Shown: one piece after another, positions 1 through 10,769 of the stretch
How the letters are laid out: each line of letters starts with the position of its first letter
Position numbering within the stretch: the first letter of the stretch is position 1
Assembly: GCA_963831325.1 (NCBI GenBank)
Contig: CAWHQA010000005.1
Coordinates: forward strand, 7,493-71,492
DNA: 64,000 bases
Reading direction: 5' to 3'
DNA from: an uncultured Actinomycetes bacterium
Lineage (GTDB): Bacteria; Actinomycetota; UBA4738; HRBIN12
Translations under genes and position numbers: made by a program
The notes under the pieces: generated by a model
The model's database searches: none
The model's input: the letters and a program-made list of their open reading frames with translations, nothing else
Told to the model about the DNA's origin: nothing

Positions 1-2723
1 AACTCGTAGTCGCGCCGGCGCATCGTGAAGTACAGGCCCGCGGCGACCCCGATGATCACGAGCCCGACGCCGGCGACCGCCGCCGCGAAGTTCATGCCCA
101 CCGCGAGCGACTGCGGGAGCTGCGCGAGCAGTCCCTCGATCGGCGCCGTGGCGTTCACGACGCCCGGCACCCATCCCGCCTCGGCCAGCAGCGGCGACGG
201 GTCCTCGGGGGTGTTGGCCCACACCTCGTTCAGCGTGACGCCGGCTTCCGGGATCGAGAACTGCCGCTCGAGCAGCCCACGGACCGGCACGACCACGAAC
301 GGGGCGTTCGGCACGACCCCGGGGAACTGGCTCGCCACGGCGACGGGCTCGACCTGCAGCCGTTGGCCGGCGAGCCCGACCTCCACCATGCCTCCGGTCT
401 GCGTCGCGACGTTGTCGGAGACGAGGGCCGGCAGGGCGGGCGCGGCCGGCATGAGCCCGCCGACCACGTTGCCCGCCCCGGGGCGGAAGAGCGTAGCGCA
501 CGAGCCGTCCTGGTCGGGCTCGAGCGTGCCGGTGCTGCCGCGCCAGGTCGTCGGCTGCCAGGTCGCGAGGTCGAGCGCCTGGTCGCCGAGCCTGCGGCGA
601 GCCGATCGCGACCTCGATCTCGTCGGGCAGGTCGGTGCCGGTGTCCGCCTGGAACGTGATCGACAGCAGCACGCTCGGCATCGGGAAGCTCCAGAGCGAC
701 GTCCTGCGACCCCGCGACGAGCGCCTGCGACGACGTCGTGAGCCGGTCGTCGGCCGCCACCGACGTCGCCTGCACGCCGCAGCTCCTCGGCGGCACGCGG
801 CACCTCGACCGTCATCGTGAGCTCCGTCGCGCCCTCGGGCACCGCGACCCCGAGGGGCTCGGTGTCGAGGCGCTCGAGGATGTCGTCGAGCGACGTCGAG
901 GAGAAGTCGTCGCGCCACCAGCCGGCTTCCTCGAAGCGTGCAGGGTCGATGCCGAGGGCGGTGGGCGGCAGCGAGAAGCTCGCGCTCGAGAACGACGGAT
1001 CGGTGCGCACGACCGCCATCGTCTCGGGCGGCATCGAGCCGACGGCGGCGAGCACCTGGTCCGGGCGGCGTGGCGCTGACGCTCCAGTCGGCCCCGACCT
1101 GCACGTGCGCGGCGTCGCTGTGGTTCTGCAGCACGATCGCCCGGTAGGACGTCGCGAGCACGAGCAGTCCCATCGACAACAGCAGCAGCAGCGCCGCCGC
1201 GAAGCCGGTGCCGGGGGAGCGCCCGAGCCGGCGTCCGGCGAGGTAGGTGGGGAGCCGGCGAGCGCGGCCGATGCGCCCGTCCAGCCGGTGCAGCACGAAC
1301 GACAGCAGCCGCAGGGCGATGAACGAGGCGGCGAACAGCAGCAGCGTCGGCGCGGCGAGCACGAGGGGCTCGATCGCGCCCTCGCCCGCCTCGGGCTTCG
1401 TGCCGCCGCGCAGCTGGATGAAGGCGAAGATGCCGAGCGGCAGCACGATCAGCTCGACCGGCACCCGGGCCAGCAGCGGGCGATCCTCGCGCGATGCTCG
1501 GCGGCGTTCCTCGATCACGGTGCGCGAGACCGCCGGCGCCGAGAGCGCCAGCAGCACGAGCGCGCCGACCAGCGCCACGGCGAGCCCGAGCCAGATCGCG
1601 CCGTCGTTGAACCGGGCGGGGAACTCGACGCCGGGGAGCTGCTCCCCGTTGAACCGTCCGGCGAGCTTGGCGAGCCCGAGCCCCAGCAGCAGCCCGAGCG
1701 GGAACGCGACCGCCGCGTAGAGCAGCGCTTGCACGCCCTGCGCCGCGAGCAGCGTGCGGCGGGAGAAGCCGCGGCTGTGCAGCACCGCGAGCTCGAACGT
1801 CTGGCGCGTGAGCGTGAGCGAGCCCACGCCGGCGAGCACGGCGAGCGTCACCGCCCCGATCTGGAACACGACGAGCAGGATCGGCACCCGCAGGTTCTTC
1901 ACGCGCAGGTCGACGAGGTCGAACAGCGTGTCGAGGCCGCTCACCATGCGGGCCGACGACAGGCCGGGCTGGGCCTGCATCGCGTCCTCGATCTCGGCGA
2001 GCTGCGCCGGCACGCGCGAGGCCTGCTCGAACGGCACGCCGTCCAGGGCGAGGAACGCGTCCCACGTGATACTCCGTCGTGAGGCCGAGCGTGCCGGCGG
2101 CATCGAGGTACGTGGCGCGGTCGACGAGCGCCGGCGGCGGGTCGGTCGAGTCGGGCGCGGGGAACGGGCTGCGGCCGCCGTACCAGAACGGATCGTCGCG
2201 ATCGGGGGAGTCGAACGTGCCCGAGATGCGCAGGTCGAGCGACTCGTCGTTGGGGCCCGACGAGAGCGACGCTGTCGCCGGCCTCGCAGGTCGAGGGCGG
2301 CCGCCGTGCTCGCAGGCAGCGCGATCTCGCCGGCGCCGGGGGCTCTCCCTCGATCTCCAGGTGCTCGGGGGCGCCCTCGCGGAAGAGCGAGCGGCACCGA
2401 CGGGCCGTCGGCTCCGCCGAGCCGCACCGTGCCCAGGCCCTGCGGCACCACGGTGTCGACGGGCACGCGCCGAACGCGCCGGTGATCGCGGCGTCGGCGG
2501 CGACCCAGTCGAGGTCGGCCACCGCCGAACAGCTGCAGCCGGGCGTTCGTGACCGTGACGCTCTCGCTGCCGAGCGAGGAGGACAGGATCGCCTCGCGAG
2601 CGGCATCGGCGTAGATCGGCCCGGCGACCAGCACGCCGACGTGAACGCGAGCGTGACGACGACGGCCAGGCCCAGCAATCGCTGGGCCACGAAGCGCTTG
2701 AGCAGGAACCGAAGGGTCGCCAT
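1..2723 (-). pseudogene. FtsX-family ABC transporter permease (large ~900-aa class). The 3' end runs off the window start. Frameshifted.
   Basis: The N-terminus reads MATLRFLLKRFVAQRLLGLAVVVTLAFT, with the start codon as the complement of 2721-2723. Hand translation of the minus strand gives typical FtsX membrane segments, but in different frames: 1141-1390 gives YLAGRRLGRSPGTGFAAALLLLLSMGLLVLATSYR, and 25-230 gives LAVGMNFAAAVAGVGLVIIGVAAGLYFTMRRRDYE. A 1-nt deletion is visible near 2638. The ORF track omits these frames because they run off the window edge. Confidence 0.6.
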
Positions 2724-2899
2724 CACCGCAGGTGGCGCCCGTCGGAGCGCCCGCACGATGATACGGACCTGCGGTTCCTTGCCGCCGTAGCGCGATTGCG
2801 GAATCGTGCCGTCTCCCGCGTGTTCGCCGGGGCCTCGAAGGCCCCTGCTAGGCTGACGCTTCGAGCCCAGAACGACACCTCGAGGAGTTGATCCGCACC

Positions 2900-4073
2900 G
2901 TGGACAGGCCCGAGATCATCCTGGCTCCCGGCCCGACCCCGATCCCGCCCGAGGTGCTGCTCGCCCAGGGGAGCCCGCTCGTCTACCACCGCGGGCCCGG
3001 GCTTCGGGAACATCATGCGCGACGTCACCGACGCGGCTGAAGGAGCTCTACCGCACCGAGGCCGCCGACGTGCTGCTGATGACCTCGAGCGGCACCGGCG
3101 GCCTCGAGTCGGCGATCGCGAACTGCTTCTCGCCCGGCGACGAGGTGCTCGTGCCGCTCGCGGGGTTCTTCGCCGAGCGGTTCAAGACGCTCGCCGAGAC
3201 GTTCGGGCTCACGGTGCGCACGGTCGACTACGAGTGGGGCGAGCGCGTCCGGCCCGACGAGGTCGCGGCGGCGCTCGCCGAGCACCCGGTCAAGGCCGTG
3301 CTGCTCACGCAGTCCGAGACCTCGACCGGCGTGATCCAGCCGATCGAGCAGCTCGCGAGGGTCGCGAACGACGCCGGCGCGATGGTGGTCGTCGACGTCG
3401 TCTCGTCGCTCGGCGCCGTGCCGTTCGAGTTCGACGCCTGGGGCATCGACGTCGCGGTCGGCGGCTCGCAGAAGGCGCTGTCAGCGCCTCGCCCGGCATC
3501 GCGTTCGTCGCGATCAGCGAACGCGCCTGGGAAGCCTCGCGCGCCGGCGACGAACCCGCGCTTCTACTTCGACTGGGCGACCTACAAGCGCTTCGCCGAC
3601 CTTCCCGCACCCCGAGAACCCGTGGACCCCCGCGATCAGCGTGATGCAGGGGCTGCAGGCCGCGCTCGAGCTCTACTTCCAGGACGGGGTCGAGGCCGCG
3701 ATGCGCCGGCACCGGATGCTGTCGCGCGCCGTGAAGGAGGGCGCGAAGGCGCTCGGGCTCGACCTGTTCGGCGAGGGGCTCGACGACAACTGGACCGTCA
3801 CCGCGATCCGCGCGCCCGAGTCGGCCGACGCCGACACGATCAGCGACACGATCCGCGCCGAGCACGGGTGCGTGCTCGCGCCCGGACAGGGTCCGTTGAA
3901 GGGGAAGGTCTTCCGCATCGGGCACTTCGGGTACTTCAGCGAGCTCGACATCATCCGCGGGCTCGCCGCGCTCGAGATGACGCTCGAGTCGCTCGGGCAC
4001 CCCGTGAAGCGCGGGCGCCGCGGTCGCCGCCGCCGAGACCGTGTTCATGGAGGCGCCGCGAGGCGGCGCGTGA
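2900..4073 (+). pseudogene. Class V PLP aminotransferase (serine-glyoxylate / phosphoserine aminotransferase-like), frameshifted
   Basis: Fragments in three frames assemble into one protein. They are VDRPEIILAPGPTPIPPEVLLAQGSPLVYHRGPGF (from GTG 2900), MTSSGTGGLESAIANCFSPGDEVLV...VGGSQKAL, SPGIAFVAISERAWEA, YFDWATYKRF, and QGLQAALELY...GKVFRIGHFGY. The inferred stop, TGA 4071-4073, overlaps the serA GTG. There are at least 5 frame changes, at about 3035, 3480, 3545, 3605 and 4015. Confidence 0.75.
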
Positions 4074-5656
4074 GGGTCCTCGTCACCGAGCCGCTCTCGG
4101 CGCAGGGGCTCGAGCTGCTGCGGGCCGACTTCCAGGTCGACGAGCGCCCCGACCTCGCGACCGGCGACCTCGCCGCCGAGATCGCGCCGTACGACGCGCT
4201 GATCATCCGCAGCGCCACGCAGGTCACCGACGAGGTGCTCGCGGCCGCGACGCAACCTGAAGGTCGTCGCCCGCGCCGGCATCGGCCTGGACAACGTCGA
4301 CGTCGACGCGGCGACGCGACGCGGCGTGATGGTCGTGAACGCGCCGCAGTCCAACATCATCAGCGCGGCCGAGCAGGCGATGGCGCTGCTGCTCGCGCAG
4401 GCCCGGAACATCCCGCAGGCGCACGCGGCGCTGAAGGCGGGGTCGTGGGAGCGCTCGAAGTGGGAGGGCGTCGAGCTCGCCGGCAAGACGCTCGGGCTGG
4501 TCGGTCTCGGCCGCGTCGGGGCGCTGGTCGCGCCAGCGCGCCGCGGGCTTCGGCATGCGGGTGATCGCGTTCGACCCGTACGTGAGCGCCGATCGCGCCA
4601 AGGAGATGGGCGTCGACGCGATGCCGTCGCTCGAGGCCCTGCTCGTGCAGGCCGACTTCGTCTCGATCCACCTGCCGCGCACGCCGGAGACCGAAGGGCT
4701 GATCGGCGAGCACGAGCTGCGGCTGATGAAGCAGGGCGCTCGGCTGATCAACACGGCCCGCGGCGGCATCGTCGACGAGGAGCGCGCTGGCCAAGGCGAT
4801 CGAGAGCGGTCACCTCGGCGGCGCCGCGCTCGACGTGTTCGCGACCGAGCCCACCACCGACTCGCCGCTGTTCGCGCTCGACTCGGTCGTCGTCACGCCG
4901 CACCTGGGCGCCTCCACCAAGGAGGCGCAGGACAAGGCGGGCACCACCGTCGCCGAGATGGTGCGGCTCGCGCTCACCGGCGAGTTCGTGCCGTACGCGG
5001 TGAACGTCTCGGCCGGCGCCGAGGTCACCGAGGTCGTGCGGCCGTTCGTGCCGCTCGCGGAGCGGCTCGGCGCGCTCACCGCCGGGCTCGCCGAGGGCGG
5101 CGTGCGATCGATCGTCGCGTGCTACCTCGGCCGCATCGCCGAGTCCGACACCCGCGTGCTCACGCTCGCGATCCTCAAGGGCATCCTCGGCGGCACCGTG
5201 CACGAACCCGTCTCGTTCGTGAACGCGCCGATGCTCGCCCGCGAGCGGGGGCTCACGGTGAGCGAGATGCGCTCGACCGTCTCGCAGGACTACGTGAGCT
5301 CGATCTCGCTGCGGGCCGAGACCGACGCCGACCCCGTCGCGGTGTCGGGCTCGATGCTCGGGCGAGACCACGAGCGGGTCACGCAGGTGAACGGCTTCGA
5401 CATCGAGGTCACGCCCGCCGGGCACATGGTGTTCTTCACCTACGTCGACCGCCCGGGCATCATCGGTAAGGTCGGCACCCTGCTGGGTGAGCACGACATC
5501 AACATCGCCACGATGGACGTCGGTCGCAAGGCCGAGGGTGGCGAGGCGCTGATGTGCCTCACGGTCGACACCGAGGTGCCGCCCGAGGTGCTCGAGCGCG
5601 TCGCGGGCGAGATCGAGGCCCACCAATTGCGAACGGTCACGCTGCCGCCGGCCTGA
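4070..5656 (+). pseudogene. serA: D-3-phosphoglycerate dehydrogenase with C-terminal ACT domain, frameshifted about 3 times
   Basis: The reconstructed protein reads VRVLVTEPLSAQGLELL...NLKVVARAGIGLDNVDVDAATRRGVMVVNAP...GKTLGLVGLGRVGALVA...IHLPRTPETEGLIG...ARLINTARGGIVDE...VVVTPHLGASTKEAQ...VDRPGIIGKVGTLLGEHDINIATMDVGR. Frame changes lie near 4253, 4540 and 4790. The final 273 aa are intact in ORF 4835..5656. Confidence 0.85.
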
Positions 5657-5838
5657 GCCGTCAGCTTCGTCGTTCAGCGCGGAATCGCTGTGGTAGCGTG
5701 CTCGGGCCATGAAGCGGATGTCTTCGATCACCGGTGATGCGGCCGGTGCGCGTGCCCTCGTCGGGCCGCGCGCCGCGCGGTAGCGCACCGCCCCGTCAGG
5801 ATCCCCGCCCCGCACCACCTCGCAAGGAGCTCCGCTTC

Positions 5839-7119
5839 ATGAGCCAGACCCCCGACACCGCCGTCCCGGAGCCTCGCCACGTGCCGTCGGCGCGCGAGCG
5901 CGCCGCCGTGCGCCGGCTCGCGACCGCGCGCCTGATCTCGCTCACGGGCAGCGGTGCCGCGTTCGCGGCGCTCGCGTACATCATGTTCCAGCTCACGGGC
6001 GAGTCGCGCTGGGTGTCGTGGACGCTGCTGCTCACGTTCGGGGCCCAGGGAGTCTTCGCGCCGCTCGGCAGCGCGCTCGGCGATCGCTTCGACCGCCGGA
6101 AGGTGCTCGTGATCGCCGATCTCGCCGCCGCCGCGGGCTTCGTGGCGCTCGCGTTCGCGCAGACCCCCGGCCAGCTGCTCGTGATGGCGTTCGTCACCGC
6201 CACGCTCGAGTCGCCGATCTGGTCGGTCGTCGGCGGCCGCGGTGCCGAACCTCGTCGGGCCCGAGGATCTGACGTGGGCGAACGGCATGGTCGCGGTCGG
6301 TCGCAACATCGGGAACCTCGTCGGTCCGATCCTCGGCGGCGTGCTCGTCGCCGTGATCGCGCCCGACTCGACGCCCGAGCAGCTGCAGACCGCCGGCTAC
6401 TGGGTGTTCGGGCTGAACGCGGTCTCGTTCGCCGGCTCCGCGTGGCTGATCGCGCACGACCCCGGGGTCGTTCTCGGGCGAGCGCGGCGAGGACGATCGG
6501 TTCGGCGGCCTGCAGCGACGGCGTCGTCTTCCTGCTGCGCGACCGCGTGCTGCGGGCGATCACGCTCGCGTGGGTCGTGCTGCTGCTCGGTGCGGGCTTC
6601 ACGCTGGTCGCCGAGGTCGCGCTCGCCGAGGAGCTCGGCGCGGGATCGATCGGGTACGGCCTGCTGAACGCCGGCTGGGGCGGCGGTGCCGCGCTGGGCT
6701 CCTTCCTCGCCCAGCGGTACCTGCGGGAGCGCTACGAGGCGCGCGCGCTGATCTGGGGCGTCGCCCTCGTCGGGCTCTGCCTCGGGCTGATCGGCATCGC
6801 GCCGTGGCTGCCGCTCGCCGTCGGCCTGATGGTCGGTGCCGGCACGGGGGAAGGCATCGGCGGCGTCGCGGAGCAGGGCATCCTGCAGCGGCGCACGCCC
6901 GACCACGTGCGGAGCCGGGTGATCGGGGCGTAGCGAGTCGGCGATCCTGATCGCGCTCGCGATCTCGTTCGCCTTCGGCGGGGAGGTCGTCGACGCGATC
7001 GGTCCCCGCGGCGCGTACTTCGTCGGGGGGTCTGAGCTGCCTCGCCGCCGCGCTGGTGCTCGTGCGCCCGCTCGGCCGCGAGCATCGGGACTCGGTCGGT
7101 GGCCGACGTCACCGCCTGA
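5839..7119 (+). pseudogene. MFS transporter (EntS/MFS_3-like), frameshifted; the 3' end is approximate
   Basis: ATG 5839 is preceded by the RBS AAGGAG (5824-5829). The N-terminus RRLATARLISLTGSGAAFAALAYIMFQLTGESRWVSWTLLL is paralogous to the MFS at 52268. TM-rich pieces continue in the 6242 frame and back in the 5734 frame. At least 3 frame changes are present. Confidence 0.65.
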
Positions 7120-7299
7120 CGTGGATCTCGTTCCACCTGAATCGTCGCTCAACCCGGCAAAGCGGCGCTCGACCTGCGCTGTCGTGCCGGATATCCGACC
7201 GTGGCGACCGGCGATTTGATTTGAATGGCCAGTTCAGGAGTATCGTACCTCCCGTGGCGGTCCTGTCCCGACCGCGCGGAAGGGGCTGGACGGCACACG

Positions 7300-8931
7300 A
7301 TGTCGTCCACGAACGGCTACGACGCGATCGTCGTCGGCGGCGGCCACAACGGGCTGGTCGCCGCCGCGTACCTCGCGAAGGCCGGCGCGCGCACGGTCGT
7401 GCTCGAGGCGCGGCACAAGATCGGCGGCGCCGCCGACACGATGGCGCCGTGGCCCGAGGCGCCCGAGTTCAAGGTCACCACGCTCAGCTACGTGATGAGC
7501 CTGATGCCCGACACGATCCTGCGCGACCTGCGAGCTCGCGCGGCACGGGTACCGCGTCGACGCCGGTCGGGCCGTACTTCCTGCCGTTCCCCGACGGGCG
7601 CTGCATCGTGCAGTACGACGACGACGCGCAGAAGAACTACGAGGCGTTCGCCAAGTTCTCCAAGCGCGACGCCGACGCGATCGAGCAGTGGGACGCGTGG
7701 ATCGGCGGGCTCGCCGAGGTGCTCGGCCCGCTGCTGATGACCACGCCGCCGAGGCTCGGGTCGCTGCAAGCCCGCGCGATCTCACGGAGCAGCTCCGGCT
7801 CGCGTGGCGGTTCCGCGGCCTCGACGTGCGCGGGCTCGCCGACGTGACGCGGCTGATGACGATGTCGGTCGTCGACCTGCTCGACCGGTTCTTCGAGTCC
7901 GACCAGGTGAAGACCGTGATGGCGCTGAACGGCCTGATCGGCACGTGGGCCGGGCCCGTACGAGCCGGGCACCGGCTACGTGATGGCGCACCACTCGATC
8001 GGCGACGTCGGCGACGGCCACCTCGGCGCGTGGGCGGTGCCCGAGGGCGGCATGGGCGCGGTGAGCGACGCGATCGCGTCGAGCGCGCGTTCCTTCGGCG
8101 CCGAGATCCGCACCGAGGCGCGGGTCGCGCGGATCCTCGTCGACGGACGGCGCGGCGACCGGCGTCGTGCTCGAGTCGCGGCGAGGAGCTGCGCGCGCCG
8201 CTCGTCGTCACGGCGATCCATCCGAAGATCACGTTCCTCGAGCAGATCGACCGCGTGCGAGCTGCCGGCGGACTTCGTCGACGACATCGAGCACTGGAAG
8301 ACGCGCAGCGGCGTCGTGAAGATCAACGCCGCGCTCGATCGCGCGCCGGTCGTTCACCGCGATGCCCGAGCTCACCGACCTCACCGGCGGGTTCGAGCTC
8401 GCGCACTCGGTCGCGTACCTCGAGAAGGCGTTCGAGCAGGCGCGGGCGGGCGAGCCGGCGACCGCGCCGTTCAGCGACGGCGTGATGCCGACCGTGCTAC
8501 GACCGCACGCTCGCGCCCGAGGGCAAGCACGTCGTCTCGCTGTTCACGCAGTGGGTGCCGCACGAGTGGAGCGAGGAGCCGCACCAGCGACGAGCTCGAG
8601 GCCTACGCCGACCGCGTGATCGCCGGCTACGACGAGCTGGCGCCCGGCTTCGCCGACTCGGTGCTGCACCGCCAGGTGATCGGCCCCTACGAGATGGAGC
8701 AGGAGTGGGGGCTGATCGGCGGCAACATCTTCCACGGCGAGCTCAGCGCCGAGCAGCTGTTCCACATGCGCCCGGCGCCCGGCTACGCCGACTACCGCAC
8801 GCCGATCCGCGGGCTGTACCAGTGCTCCAGCGCCACGCACGCCGGCGGCGGCGTCTGCGGCATCCCCGCCTACAACTGGTCCGCGAGATCAAGAGGGACC
8901 GCCGCCGCGGCGCTCCCGACGGAAAGGATGA
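7300..8931 (+). pseudogene. Phytoene-desaturase-family NAD(P)/FAD-dependent oxidoreductase (CrtI-like), heavily frameshifted
   Basis: ATG 7300 opens with the dinucleotide-binding N-terminus MSSTNGYDAIVVGGGHNGLVAAAYLAKAGARTVVLEARHKIGG. Later pieces are scattered over all three frames, including LMTMSVVDLLDRFFESDQVKTVMALNGLIGTWAGP, HHSIGDVGDGHLGAWAVPEGGMGAVS, and GGNIFHGELSAEQLFHMRPAPGYADYRTPIRGLYQCSSATHAGGGV. There are about 9 frame changes. The inferred stop, TGA 8929-8931, overlaps the next ATG. Confidence 0.7.
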
Positions 8932-10098
8932 CCCACCCGATGGCCGAGCAGAACTCGTCGTTCCCGTTCTACTTCGCGAGCTGGTACAGGAAGTCGCCGT
9001 ACTTCCAGCGCACCGTGGAGGCCGGCTGCACGAGCTGGGATCTGTACAACCACATGCTGATCCCGACGCTCTACGACGACGACGTCAAGGAGTACTGGCA
9101 CCTGGTCGAGCACGTGACGCTCTGGGACGTCGCGGTCGAGCGCCAGGTCGAGATCACCGGTCCCGACGCCGCGCGGTTCACGCAGCTGCTCACGCCGCGC
9201 GACCTCTCGCAGACCCAGCCGGAGCAGTGCAAGTACGTGCTGATCTGCGCGCCCGACGGCGGCATCGTGAACGACCCGATCCTGCTGAAGCTCGCCGAGG
9301 ACCACTTCTGGCTGTCGCTCGCCGACTCCGACGCGCTGCTGTACGCGCTCGGCGTGCAGGCGTTCGCGGGCATGGACGTCGAGATCCGCGAGCCCGACGT
9401 GTCGCCGCTGCAGATCCAGGGCCCGCTCTCGAAGCCGCTGATCCGCAAGCTCTTCGGCGACGACGTCGCCGACCAGCGGTACTACTGGCACAAGCAGACC
9501 GAGCTCGACGGCATCCCGGTGGTCGTCTCGCGCACGGGATGGAGCGGGGAGCTCGGGTACGAGGTGTACCTGCGCGACTCCTCGCGCGCGCTCGACCTGT
9601 GGGACGCGATCATGGCCGCCGGCGAGGAGTTCGAGCTGCGCGCGATCGCGCCGAGCGACCAGCGCCGCATGGAGGCCGGCATCTTCAACTACGGCAACGA
9701 CATGGACATCACGAACAACCCGTTCGAGATCACCGGGCTCGAGCGGCTCGTCGAGCTCGACAACGACAACGAGTTCGTCTCGCGCGACGGCGCTCGAGCG
9801 GATCCGCGACGAGGGCGTGCAGCAGAAGCTCGTCGGCGTGACGATCGACGGCGACCCGCTCGGCATGTGGCTCGAGGACTTCTGGCCGGTGGTCGAGGGT
9901 GACGAGAAGGTCGGCCGGCTCGTGAGCGCCTCGTACTCGCCGCGGCTCGAGCTCAACATGGGCTTCGCCTGGGTGCCGATCGGCAAGGCCGCCGAGGGCA
10001 CGCGCATCGAGATCACGTCGCCCGACGGCCCGATGACGCGCGACGGTGTCCCGCTGCCGTTCCTCGACCCGAAGAAGGAGATCCCCGCGAAGAGCTGA
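8928..10098 (+). pseudogene. GcvT-fold aminomethyltransferase, DmdA (DMSP demethylase)-like, paralog 1; one frameshift near 9788
   Basis: ATG 8928 follows a GGAAAGGA RBS. Motifs match my recollection of DmdA: YNHMLIPTLYDD, TLWDVAVERQVEITGPDA, GGIVNDPILLKLAEDHFWLSLADSDALLYALG, DVEIREPDVSPLQIQGP, VVVSRTGWSGELGYEVY and EAGIFNYGNDM. The C-terminus lies in ORF 9817..10098. Confidence 0.75.
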
Positions 10099-10435
10099 GG
10101 CGGCAGGGACCCAGCGCCCGTTCGCCGCGACGAAGTCGCCGATAGGCGGCAGCTCACGACAGCGTGGATCATCCGCCGTACGTGCGGACGTCTCTCTATG
10201 GCCGCGGGGAACCAGACAAGCCGCACGGTGTATCGAACGTGTATGGGTTGTGAGGAAGGAAGGATTGGGTAGTGCTTGAGCGCAGGTCGCTTCTTGTATT
10301 GGCCCTCTAGCTCGTTGCGCCCTTGGGCTGTACTAGCCGGTCCGCCGACGACGTTTCGACTGGTCGGACAGTGGAGAGGCAGTAAACCGACACCGCGAGC
10401 CAGCGGAGTTCAGTTTCGACGACACAGCGGCGCTG

Positions 10436-10696
10436 TTGGCTGAGCGCCGGAGCTGTTTAGAGTCCCTGCCGGAGGACAAGCGGGAAGGCCTGTTAACGGA
10501 GCGTGCATTCGGGAAACTCCTCGACGCGCGAATGGAAGCGCATCCGCAATGGCGCGAGCTCAGCGTCCATCTTGCGAGCATGGACATGCCGGACGGGCAC
10601 TTCGAGATTTTCGGCCAGCCCACGAACGGGGTCGAGGTCACGGGTCCTGAGACGGGCAACTGCTTACCTGTACCTCGCCACGAGCGGCGGCTATGA
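10436..10696 (+). CDS. Hypothetical protein, or a startless gene remnant, in the lower-GC spacer
   Basis: This is an 86-codon ORF from TTG. The same frame is open back to 10337 with protein-like sequence (EFSFDDTAALLAERRSCLESLPEDKREGLL) but no canonical start. I recognised no family. Confidence 0.25.
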   Translation: MAERRSCLESLPEDKREGLLTERAFGKLLDARMEAHPQWRELSVHLASMDMPDGHFEIFGQPTNGVEVTGPETGNCLPVPRHERRL

Positions 10697-10769
10697 AGGC
10701 GGAGCCTGCTTCTACCCAACGCGGCCCTAGGGGGATCAGCTCGCGCGACGCGCGGCCACGATGCTCAGG

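Noticed and set aside
812-2082. Overlapping 417-aa (minus) and 421-aa (plus) ORFs, plus other long Arg/Glu/Gln-rich ORFs throughout the window
   Set aside because: These are off-frame or antisense shadows of real high-GC genes, here the FtsX permease. Their compositions (poly-R, poly-Q/E/H/D) and lack of any recognisable motif argue against coding.
7980-9902. A 640-aa ORF joining oxidoreductase fragments to the DmdA-like gene
   Set aside because: This is a chimeric read-through. It contains out-of-frame stretches of the CrtI-like gene, and the DmdA-like gene has its own RBS and ATG at 8928.
1-10100. Programmed ribosomal frameshifting or recoding as an explanation for the split genes
   Set aside because: There are too many events (often several per gene) in unrelated genes. 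I recognised no slippery heptamers or conserved stimulatory structures. Indels, real or artefactual, are the parsimonious explanation.
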